This document shows, one piece after another, positions 10,009 to 18,200 of a stretch of 32,000 nucleotides of DNA. Positions within the stretch are counted from its first letter, which is position 1, and the number at the start of each line of letters is the position of its first letter. A model generated the notes under the pieces. It had not been told where the DNA came from and ran no database searches. It worked only from the letters and a program-made list of their open reading frames with translations. This DNA comes from Desulfobulbus propionicus DSM 2032 (lineage in GTDB: Bacteria; Desulfobacterota; Desulfobulbia; Desulfobulbales; Desulfobulbaceae), in the NCBI RefSeq assembly GCF_000186885.1, contig NC_014972.1, positions 1,290,001 to 1,322,000 on the forward strand, in the 5' to 3' direction. Position numbers and translations under genes: made by a program.

Positions 10009-10122
10009 ATCCTTCTCCTTTGCGGTGCTGTTCACAATCAATGGGTCCGCTTCCGCCGATGTCCCGATGGCATGGGCTTGTCCGGGGCATGAACAAAAGC
10101 GTCGGTTTCAGGTTTTGGGGGT

Positions 10123-10139
10123 AAGCAGGAGGCGTGCCA
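10123..10139 (-). promoter_or_regulatory. Sigma-54 (-24/-12) promoter candidate for the 10008..5180 minus-strand gene string
   Basis: The minus strand reads TGGCACgcctccTGCTT, with GG and GC spaced exactly as in the TGGCAC-N5-TTGCW consensus. It lies about 115 nt upstream of the regulator start, and an AT-rich tract (10140-10240) containing the small palindrome ACTGT-N5-ACAGT sits just upstream. Confidence 0.5.
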
Positions 10140-10646
10140 GCACCGATATTTTTAATTTTTAAACTGTAACTAACAGTATTTTTGATTTTTTAAATAAATA
10201 TTAGTGGAACAGGGGAGAAGTCCCGGGTTGAAACGCGTCAATTTGTTTCATGTTGAAACAGATTGACGTGTTGAGAGTTCCATTGTGTTTCATTTTGATC
10301 TATCGTGTGCCGATTTTTCAATGGAGAATGCGGGCGTCGTGGTCGCCGGGAGGGGAGGGGGAACGTCATCTGGGTGTGTCGATGCCCATGGCCAGGGCTC
10401 GTTCCCGCATGCGACAGCACACCTTGGCGGCAGTTGGTGTGTGCTGTCGACGAGGTCGTGTCTGCATATTGAAACGGGAAGGAGGAGAGGCGGTGGGCGG
10501 GATTTTCGCGTCCCGGGAAGCGGTGCAGGGAAAGCGCGGGTGGGTCGGGGGCTGGCGGCGTGGCACGCGGTCAGCCGATCTCCTTGCGGAGAGGGAGGAG
10601 GCGCAGGGCAGTGAAATGGTGATGGAGCTGATTGCCTGCTTGGAAA

Positions 10647-10684
10647 GAAAAAGCGGCGATAAACCGATTATCGGCTCTCGCCGC
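10647..10684 (-). terminator. Possible rho-independent terminator overlapping the 3-prime end of the HD-domain gene
   Basis: The minus strand reads GCGGCGAgagCCGATaATCGGtttaTCGCCGC followed by TTTTTC. The stem is imperfect and the stop codon sits inside the hairpin. Confidence 0.3.
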
Positions 10685-11231
10685 AAATGGGCAGGGCGCG
10701 CAGCGCTTGGCCGAGCGGGTTGTCCGGCACGATCCCTTCCAGGCTCTGCCGGGTGGCCCACTCGATCATCCGCGAATCCTTGGCCGCCTCGGTGCAGAGG
10801 CGGTGCGGATCGACGATCCTGCCCGTGCGGGCCAGATCGAGGCGGTCGGCGTCAAAACAGGTCTGTACCGTGACGTTATCAAAGGTCGGCGCGACGGTGT
10901 GCAGTTGGCAGGCGGCGAGCAGCAGGGCGAAAGGCGGATCGGCCAGGGAAAAATCGCTGCCCCGCAGCTGTTCGGCCAGCAGCGCCCCACGCGGGCCGTG
11001 TTCCGGATCGGCGTTTTCGTTCAACCGGCGGCTGTCGTGGAACAGGGCGAACAGCTCCACCACCCGGGTGTCGGCACCGGTGATCCGGGCCAGGCGCAGC
11101 CCGTTGTCGAGCACCCGCGCCCAGTGACCGAGGCCGTGGAGACCGCGCGGATCGAGCGGCAGCTGAGCGATGACGCGGGCGATGAGCTCGGCGGCCAGCA
11201 GCGTCGGCCCGGCGTTTGCGCAACCGTTCAT
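10668..11231 (-). CDS. HD-domain-like protein (putative metal-dependent phosphohydrolase)
   Basis: HGLGHWARV...LFALFHDSRR gives an H...HD signature. ATG 11231 overlaps the stop of the upstream flavoprotein gene (ATGA), suggesting translational coupling. Confidence 0.6.
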   Translation of the reverse strand: MNGCANAGPTLLAAELIARVIAQLPLDPRGLHGLGHWARVLDNGLRLARITGADTRVVELFALFHDSRRLNENADPEHGPRGALLAEQLRGSDFSLADPPFALLLAACQLHTVAPTFDNVTVQTCFDADRLDLARTGRIVDPHRLCTEAAKDSRMIEWATRQSLEGIVPDNPLGQALRALPICGESR

Positions 11232-11881
11232 GATCCGCCCGCCAGCCGCGCGCCCAGAGCAAAGGCCCGCTGGCAATCCTCGGGAAAGGCTTCGGTCCGG
11301 CGTGCCATCTTGTGGGCCGGGTCCATGTACTCCATCACCACCTTGGAATAGTCGGCGAACTGGCAGGTATCAAAGCAGCAGAGGATTTCCGCCGCTGTAC
11401 CGAAGTTGCGGCTCAGGGCGCCCTGGGTGGCGTTGAACATCGCCTCGTAGCCGATCTGGCGGCTCAGCTCCTCGGTGACGTTCATGGTGAGGATGACCGC
11501 GCTGGGCACCGTTCGCGGGAAAATCGAGCGCGGCGGCTGGCTGTAGACCAGCGGCGCGAACAGCAGCCGTTCAAAAAAAGAGCGCATCTCGCCGCTCATC
11601 TGCCCGAAATAGATCGGCGAACCGAGGATGAGGGCATCGACCTCGGTTTCGATTTTTTCCAGAATGGGACGTAACTCGTCTTGCATGGCGCAGCGACCGT
11701 TGCTCGGGCCGCCGATCATCTTGCAGGCAAAGCAGCTGGTGCAGCCCTTGTAGGTGAGGTCATAGAGATGAACCAGTTCGGTGACCGCCCCTTGTGAGGC
11801 GGCCCCTTCCAGCGCCTTTTTCAGCAGGGTGGCGGTATTCCATGTCTTTCTTGGACTGCCGTTGATGGCCAGGACCTTCAT
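11228..11881 (-). CDS. Flavodoxin-like fold FMN reductase / iron-sulfur flavoprotein family
   Basis: MKVLAINGSPRKTWNTATLL...YKGCTSCFACK...ALILGSPIYFGQMSGEMRSFFERL. SD GGAGAA lies upstream of ATG 11881. Confidence 0.8.
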   Translation of the reverse strand: MKVLAINGSPRKTWNTATLLKKALEGAASQGAVTELVHLYDLTYKGCTSCFACKMIGGPSNGRCAMQDELRPILEKIETEVDALILGSPIYFGQMSGEMRSFFERLLFAPLVYSQPPRSIFPRTVPSAVILTMNVTEELSRQIGYEAMFNATQGALSRNFGTAAEILCCFDTCQFADYSKVVMEYMDPAHKMARRTEAFPEDCQRAFALGARLAGGS

Positions 11882-11966
11882 TGTCGGTGTTCTCCGTGTT
11901 ATCGTGCTCGATTGTTTGCGGCCAGGGGGGCGGTGGATTGGCGACGCGGCGCTCGGGTGGGGTCTC

Positions 11967-12413
11967 TCAGACGAATTTGAGATTGGCCGTCACCCAGTGG
12001 GCCGCATTGGCGTAGACCTCGTTGTCCGCGCCGATGACCACGTAGTCGGGATGGCGCACCTCGATCTCGCCCTCGCGGGTCGCCAGCACCGCCACCACGC
12101 CCGGAGGCACCTGTACCAGCCGGCTGCGCGCCTTCTTGCGGTAGCGGCCGGGCGAGGCTTCTTCGTAGGTGGCGGCCAGGACCGTTTTCTTGATCGGGTA
12201 TTCCTCGCCCGAATCCTGGATGACCACCATATCCTCTCCCGCTGTCCCGGTCAAGGTTCCCCAGGAGGTGACAAAGGTCTCGACGCCCCTGGGCTCGCGG
12301 ATGGCCACGGTGGTGGTGCGGACCGCCTCGCGCGGCGGGCCCCACGCGGCCGGGATGTGACCGCCGTGGGCGATTGTCAGACGAACGGGCGCTGATGCGC
12401 TGCCGGTTGTCAT
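11967..12413 (-). CDS. Hypothetical small protein, possibly PGDYG-like
   Basis: 148 aa with SD GGAGGA. An internal duplication of a T.EG....GD.vvi....E.Y pattern (AGEDMVVIQDSGEEYPI / RHPDYVVIGADNEVYAN) is reminiscent of PGDYG-domain proteins. It starts 24 nt after the ATPase-TPR stop. Confidence 0.45.
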   Translation of the reverse strand: MTTGSASAPVRLTIAHGGHIPAAWGPPREAVRTTTVAIREPRGVETFVTSWGTLTGTAGEDMVVIQDSGEEYPIKKTVLAATYEEASPGRYRKKARSRLVQVPPGVVAVLATREGEIEVRHPDYVVIGADNEVYANAAHWVTANLKFV

Positions 12414-12437
12414 GCCGGTCCTCCCCGCCGCATGGTT

Positions 12438-14585
12438 CTATTTGACCAAGCCCTTGGTCAGTTCCTGGCTCAAGTTGATTACGGTGTCCATGTCGCCCAT
12501 TTCCTTGGCGGTTTGCATCAGCTGGCTCATGGCCAGAAGGGTGTCCGGATGTTTTTCGCCCAGCACCCGGCGGCGGGTTGCCAGCACCTGTTCCTGAAAG
12601 GGCCGAGCCCCCTCCAGATCGCCCTGATCATGGAGCATGGCGGCGAGATTGTTCAACGACAAGAGGGTCTCCGGGTGGTCCTGGCCCAAAAGACGGGCAC
12701 GAATCTCCAGGACCTTTTCCTCCAGGGTCCGTGCTCCGCTCAGGTTCCCTTGGTTCAGCAAGGTGCTGGCCAGGTTGTTCATGGCGGTCAGGGTATCCGC
12801 GTGCTCCTCGCCAAGAAGGCGTCGGCGCGTGTCCAGAACCTTTTCCTGCAGGGCCTGCGCACCCTTCAGATCGCCCTGCAGGTGCAGAGTGGTGGCGAGA
12901 TTGTTCATGGAAGTGAGGGTCTCCGGGTGCTCCTCGCCGAGGATGCGGCGGCACATCGCCAATTCCTGTTCCTGCAGGGTCCGGGCGCTTTCCAGATCGC
13001 CCTGACTGCTGAGGGTGAGGGCAAGGTTGTTCATGGCCGTGAGTGTCTCCGGGTGCTCCTCCCCCAGAACGCGCCGGCGGGTTGCCAAGACCTTTTCCTG
13101 CAGGGCGCGGGCCGCTTGCAACTCGCCGTTCCTCCATAACGCTTCGCCCACATCCTCTTCCGCGGCCAGAACGGCCGGAGCATCTTCCCCAAGGACCGGC
13201 CGCATGCGGTGCAGACCATGTTGCAGGGCATGCAGGGCCAATCCGTAGTCCCCGGCCCGCAGACAGATCCTGCCCGCGTCCACCAGCACATCCGCCACCT
13301 GCATCGGGTCGAGATCCTCGGCGCCCATCGCCCTGTCGATGGCCGCGCTCAGCAGCTTGGACACCATTTCCCGCTGGCGGGGATAGGCAGCCTGCGCCAC
13401 CTCGAGAATGGCCCGAGCCACCGGCTCGAACAGGTCGGGCGGCGGTTTGCGTTCCATCAGGCTGTAGGCGATGCGCAAGGCGGTGTCCAGATCGCCCGCC
13501 GCTATCCTGTCCTTGGCCTCATCGCCCAACCGCTCGATTTCCCGCTCGATCCGGACCAGGGCCAGGGATTCCCAGGGCGCCTGCAGTTCGGTGAGATACT
13601 CGGCAAAGGCGGCGTAGCTGCTGCGCAAGGACAGACGGGAATCGGTTTCTTCCAGCATGACCGCGATCGGTTCGCCAAAGGCGTAGTCCGGGATGTGCTG
13701 GAGCATGACCGTGTCGAAATATTCCTTGAGCCGGGTTGCCTTGCGCGCGAAGACTTCGTCGAACAACTGCTCGAACAGCGGCTGATAGCCGAGAAGATCG
13801 GCGGGCAGCCCCTTGGCCTCGCCGCCGCCCATTCGCCATGCCTCCATCAGGGCGGGACGCGCCATTTCGATCCGCGAGGGCAGGGGAAAGACAGTCAGCG
13901 GCCGTCCGTCCGGCGAGGATTTGCGGTAGGCGAGGGCCTTGCGGGTCAGCTCGTCGATACCGGTCAGGCTCTGCTGGTTGGGGGTGAACACCACCACCAG
14001 CTTGTCGGGCAGGAGCATGGTGCAGATGCCGCTGGTATCCGAGATACCGGTGCGCGAATCGACCAGCACGTAATCGTAGTGTTGACGCAGGTAATCGGCC
14101 AAGCCGGCGAACAGGCCGATGGTTTCCCGGAACAGCCGGTCCCACTGGAATTCGCTCACCCGCCGGCCATAGTCCGCATCGAAGCGGCCGGCCTTCATGA
14201 TCCGCAGGCCGGAAACCACGGTGGGCAGCAGGTAGCTGTCGAAATCCAGGTCTTCGAGCATCTGGCGGGCGTGGCCACGGTTGGCGACGAAGTCGCTGGG
14301 GTGAAATTCCCGGCGCTGGCCATCGAACAAGGTGAACAGATCCAGGCAGCCGGGCGCGGTCTCGAACCGGTCCTCGGCCGATGCCTCCAGGTAGGGGCGG
14401 AAATAACGGTGCAGGCCGGGGGCCTCGAAGTCCCAGTCCAGGGCCAGCACCCGTGGCGGTCGCGCGACTTCAGAGGGTGGCGCGCTGCCCAGCAGGCAGC
14501 CGATATTGGCCAGGGCCATGGTCCGGCCGGTGCCGCCCTTGTAGGAGTAGAAGGTGATGATTTGTCCGCTTTGCAAGGAGTTCAT
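12438..14585 (-). CDS. ParA/MinD-like ATPase with a KGGxGR variant P-loop, fused to a C-terminal TPR array
   Basis: N-terminus IITFYSYKGGTGRTMALANIG is a deviant Walker A with Arg in place of the P-loop Lys. Walker B is YDYVLVDSRTGISD. The C-terminus carries six 42-aa kinesin-light-chain-type TPR units (LGEEHPETLTAMNNLALTLSSQGDLESARTLQEQ...). The SD GAGGTG overlaps the TIR stop. Confidence 0.85.
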   Translation of the reverse strand: MNSLQSGQIITFYSYKGGTGRTMALANIGCLLGSAPPSEVARPPRVLALDWDFEAPGLHRYFRPYLEASAEDRFETAPGCLDLFTLFDGQRREFHPSDFVANRGHARQMLEDLDFDSYLLPTVVSGLRIMKAGRFDADYGRRVSEFQWDRLFRETIGLFAGLADYLRQHYDYVLVDSRTGISDTSGICTMLLPDKLVVVFTPNQQSLTGIDELTRKALAYRKSSPDGRPLTVFPLPSRIEMARPALMEAWRMGGGEAKGLPADLLGYQPLFEQLFDEVFARKATRLKEYFDTVMLQHIPDYAFGEPIAVMLEETDSRLSLRSSYAAFAEYLTELQAPWESLALVRIEREIERLGDEAKDRIAAGDLDTALRIAYSLMERKPPPDLFEPVARAILEVAQAAYPRQREMVSKLLSAAIDRAMGAEDLDPMQVADVLVDAGRICLRAGDYGLALHALQHGLHRMRPVLGEDAPAVLAAEEDVGEALWRNGELQAARALQEKVLATRRRVLGEEHPETLTAMNNLALTLSSQGDLESARTLQEQELAMCRRILGEEHPETLTSMNNLATTLHLQGDLKGAQALQEKVLDTRRRLLGEEHADTLTAMNNLASTLLNQGNLSGARTLEEKVLEIRARLLGQDHPETLLSLNNLAAMLHDQGDLEGARPFQEQVLATRRRVLGEKHPDTLLAMSQLMQTAKEMGDMDTVINLSQELTKGLVK
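12441..13196 (-). repeat. Six tandem 126-bp coding repeats (42-aa TPR units) inside the ATPase-TPR gene
   Basis: DNA blocks of the type gttgttcatggc(g/c)gt(c/g)ag(g/t)gt(a/c)tcc(g/c)(c/g)gtgctcctc(g/c)cc recur every 126 bp. In protein they read LGEEHPETLT(A/S)MNNLA.TL..QG(D/N)L..A..L(Q/E)E(K/Q)(V/E)L...RR(V/I/L). Confidence 0.8.
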
Positions 14586-14594
14586 CGGTGCACC

Positions 14595-15224
14595 TCAATG
14601 GCCGGGCATGGCGAATGCCTTGATGGGAGAAATGCCTTCCAGCCAGGGCCTGATCGCCTCCAGGTCGGGAAATTTGAAGGATTTGCAGGGCTCGGCCTGG
14701 ATCAGGCCGGCGTTGGTGAGGGCGCGGTACCGGTCGGAAATCTGTTTGGACAGGGCGTACAATTCCTGGTGGCACTCCCGGCGCTTGAAATCGCGTTCAT
14801 GGATCAGATGTTCGAAATTGAGGTAGTGGCGGCAGGTCTTTATTTCCTCGGGCAGGTCGTCGGCCCCCCGGTAGACGACCGGGAAGATCAGGCCCTTGTT
14901 CTGCAGGTCAGCCACGCCCGCGCCGAGGCGCTGCTTTTCCAGTTCGAGCATGGCCTTGTACTCCCTGGCGCAGTACGGATGGTTGATGTCGAAATGCAGG
15001 GGCAGGAAAAACATGACCATGCAGGCGCTGCGACACAGTTCAAAGGCCAGCTCCTCGTTGAACTGGTCGCCGACCTTGAGGCCCTTCTCGTCAAAATAGA
15101 CCGGGGCGTTGGGCAGCCACAGCTGCAGCTGGCGTTTCAATTCGTGGACAAAGGCCTGCACGAATTGCTGCGAGTCGGCCCCGGTGTGCCGGTAGCTGAT
15201 GAAACAGGCGTTGATGGAGTCCAT
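14595..15224 (-). CDS. TIR domain protein (209 aa)
   Basis: ATG 15224 with SD GGAGGA; the track's 372-aa extension overlaps the upstream gene and is Arg/Pro-rich nonsense. It has ACFISYRH (the TIR beta-A FISY motif), ACMVMFFLP, and HPYCAREY in the position of the WCxxE catalytic-Glu motif (E88). Confidence 0.8.
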   Translation of the reverse strand: MDSINACFISYRHTGADSQQFVQAFVHELKRQLQLWLPNAPVYFDEKGLKVGDQFNEELAFELCRSACMVMFFLPLHFDINHPYCAREYKAMLELEKQRLGAGVADLQNKGLIFPVVYRGADDLPEEIKTCRHYLNFEHLIHERDFKRRECHQELYALSKQISDRYRALTNAGLIQAEPCKSFKFPDLEAIRPWLEGISPIKAFAMPGH

Positions 15225-15262
15225 GGTGTCGTGCGTCCTCCGATACGGTTGGTGGGGGCCGG

Positions 15263-18200
15263 TCACGCCGGGGGGGCCGCCGGGTCGCTCGCCATCCCCT
15301 CGGCCAGTCGCTGGAGGGAGGAGCGGATGACCGCGTGGGGTTCTTCTTGCGGCAGCAGGGCAATGAGGAAGCGCAACTGGTTGGCGGTCGAATCCTGTTC
15401 GCGGCCGCTGCCCAGCCGCGTGAACAGGCCGTGATACAGGCCGATCAGGCGCTGGAGCTCGCCGTCCGCGGTCAGGGCCTGGTGCGTGCGGCCATCCAGG
15501 CAGGCCCACAGGCCATTGACCCGTTCCGCTTCCACCTCGGCCAGGGCGTGAAAGAATTGGCGGTTCTCGGCAAAGCGGCTGCGGCCGTTGTCGGCGGCGG
15601 CCGCGAGCAGGCCGGGCAGTTGCGGCAAGAGCTGATCGAAGCGTTCTCGCCGGCCCCGGACGGCGAGAACAAAAGCCGCGTCCAGGGCATTGAGCAGCGG
15701 GTAGTAATCCCAACTGCCGGTGCGCCGGTAGCTCAGCTCGGCCGCCTGCCAGTATTCGCTTTCCAGGTTGCTCAGCCAGGTGTCGGCTTCCGTGATGTTG
15801 CCCTGGGCCACGCCGGCCTGGGTCAGCCGCTTCCAGTACGAGCCGAGCAGCGACCGCCGCTCCACCGTTTCGCCGAGGGCCAGGAGCTGTTGCAGCCGCC
15901 GCCGGCCGGCCTTCATCAGGGCGGTGCCCCGGGCACGCAGCTCGGCGGTCTGCTTGTCGTCCTTGCCCGTGCCTTCCAGGAGGGTGGCCCCGTGGCGGAT
16001 CTCCAGGTTGGCCAGCTGTTCCACCGCGTGCAGGCTGAAGGCCGCATCCTCGAAGCCGAGGGCGGCGCGGTAGTGTTCGATGGCCCGTTCCCGGTCGCCC
16101 AGCTCGGCCCAGGCCGCGGCCAGCTGTTCCCGTACCCCGGCGTGGTGGACATCGGCGCCGCGCGCCGCCTTTTCGATCTGCTTAAGCTGTTTCGTGTAGA
16201 AGTTCGTGCGTTCGGCCGGGGTGACGTCCTTGAGACGGGCGCCGAGCATCTCCAGATCGGCGATCAGATGGCTGGGGTGGACGTATTGGGCGGGTTTTTG
16301 GTCGTCGTCGTTGTCCGCCACCGGGAAGCGGTAACGTTCGTCGCCGTAGGCCTGGAACGCGCCCCAGGTATTGGTCTGCGGGTGGTCGCGATGGGTGGCG
16401 GCGCGGGCCTGGAGCAGGGCCTGGCCAAATCGGCTCCCCTTGAACATGGCCTCGTAGAAGGTGCGGGCAAAGGTGGCCGCGGCCAGGTCGTCCACGGCCC
16501 AACCGGCGGCGATCACCGCCTTGCAGCCCATCTGGATGAACTCGGTGGCCAGGTTGGCGGCCAGCTCGCCCCAAGGTTGCTCGGCATCGCCCTTCATGCT
16601 CCCCAGATGACAGCAGTTGATGAACACGAATTCCGGCACCCGTCGCAGCTTGCTCACCTGGGCGGAGGTGAGAAAGGTGTCCGGGCCGAGCACCATGCCG
16701 GTGCAGCCGGTTTTCTTGTCCCGGACCACGCCGTGCCCGGCCAGGTGAATGAATCGGTAATGGCCGTTGAACAGGCCGTCGAACACATCCTGGGCCGGGG
16801 GTTTGTCCAGCCTCCTGACCCGGTATTCGGCGCGGGTGAAAAATTCGGCCACGGTGCGGCCTTCAGACTGGGCGCCGGGCAGATCCAGCATGCCGGATTC
16901 GGTATCGCCGACGATGAAGGCCTGCTTGTCCTGCACCACCGGCACCCGACCGCGTCCATGGGGTGTGGCCAATTGGCGCACCAGCTCGATCCGCGCGGTC
17001 AGCGGCGCCTCGCCGGCCTGGTCGGTGTCGCGCATCAACTCCCAGGGGTAGGCGGCGGCCTTGGCGTCCACCGACAGCATCAGGGTGCGCAGATCGGCCA
17101 CCGCCTCCTTCATGCCGTTGGGCACCAGCAGCTCGAACAGGGCGCGCGACAGGCCGGGTTGGTCCAGGGTCCGGCCGGTGGCGGTGCGGATCAGGCCGTC
17201 CACCGCCTGGCGCTGGTCGGGCTCGATGCTGACCTCGTTGCGCGCCCGGTCGGTGACCACGGTAAAGCGCAGCCGGCCCTTGTCGGCGACGATATGCACC
17301 CGGTACATGCCCTGCTGGCCGCCGCTGGCCTCGCAGCGGCCGCGATAGCCGCCCTGGCCGTCGCGCAGGCGGCCGTCGAACCGGACCACCTCGGCAAAGC
17401 GGCTCTCGCCGACCAGCTCGCTCAGGGCCTGAACCGTGGCTATGGCCCTGCCTTCGACCTCCTCGAACAGGGCCAGACTGCCGATTCGGGTCTTCATCCC
17501 GGATTGCTGCAACAGCCGGTTGGCCCGGCGCAGGGCTTCGACCAGGCAGCGCGCTCCGGATTCGAGGGGCAGGCCGGCAAAGCCGGTGCCCACCAGCAGG
17601 GAAGAAACCGCCAGCCGCTTGGGTTGCGACGGATCGGCTTCGCATTGTTGTTCCATGATCCGGGCATACTCGAGCAGTCCCTGGGTCAGGGCCTGGGTGA
17701 GGGTGCCGGGCAGCAGCTCGCCAATGGGACCCAGGCCGACGACGATGGCTCCGGCCGGTTTGGCGCCCGCCTCGGTCTGGCGGAAGACCATGGCGTCGCC
17801 GGGCTGGCACGGGTAGCGGCCGATGGCCCGGGCTCGTTCCATGCGGCCTTCGAGATGGTCGCTGAGGAACTTGGCGCTGCCGCGCAGCGGATCGCCGGCA
17901 TAGGCGCCGATCAGCACCGGGGCCTCGGCGCTGGCCAGACTGCCGTGGATGACCTCGATCACCACCGGGGCCTCGCCCTTGTGCCGGCTGCGGCGTCCCG
18001 GCCGGGCCCCGCCGGTGGCGGCGGCCAGCACCTCGTCGGCGCTGGGGTACAGGCCGTTGCCCGTAAGGCCACGCGCCTGGTAGACCACGGCGGTCTCGCC
18101 GCGCGCACCGACCCCGCTGCGGGCCAGCAGACGGGTGGTGCCGTGGTCGAGCAGTTCCCGGTAGGCGGTGAAGGCGTCCTCATGGGCGGCCAGATCGCCA

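Noticed and set aside
10561-10575. Second sigma-54-like motif TGGCACgcggtcaGC on the plus strand
   Set aside because: The -12 region is poor (CAGC). It also points into convergent minus-strand genes, with no plus-strand gene downstream for 18 kb.
12441-13196. Regular 126-bp periodic repeats considered as a possible CRISPR or other non-coding array
   Set aside because: They lie in-frame within a long ORF and encode TPR units. There are no short conserved repeats separated by unique spacers.
13209-15434. 741-aa plus-strand ORF antisense to the ATPase-TPR and TIR genes. Similar shadow ORFs occur at 7383..9047(+), 4003..5127(-), 20707..22173(+), 23234..24802(+) and 8884..10092(+).
   Set aside because: All are mirror frames of well-supported genes, lack recognisable motifs and ribosome-binding sites, and have skewed Gly/Arg/Asp/His composition.
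14595-15713. 372-aa version of the TIR ORF with a long N-terminal extension
   Set aside because: The extension overlaps the 3-prime end of the giant gene and is Arg/Pro/Gly-rich nonsense. An internal ATG at 15224 has a GGAGGA SD and begins exactly at the TIR beta-A strand.
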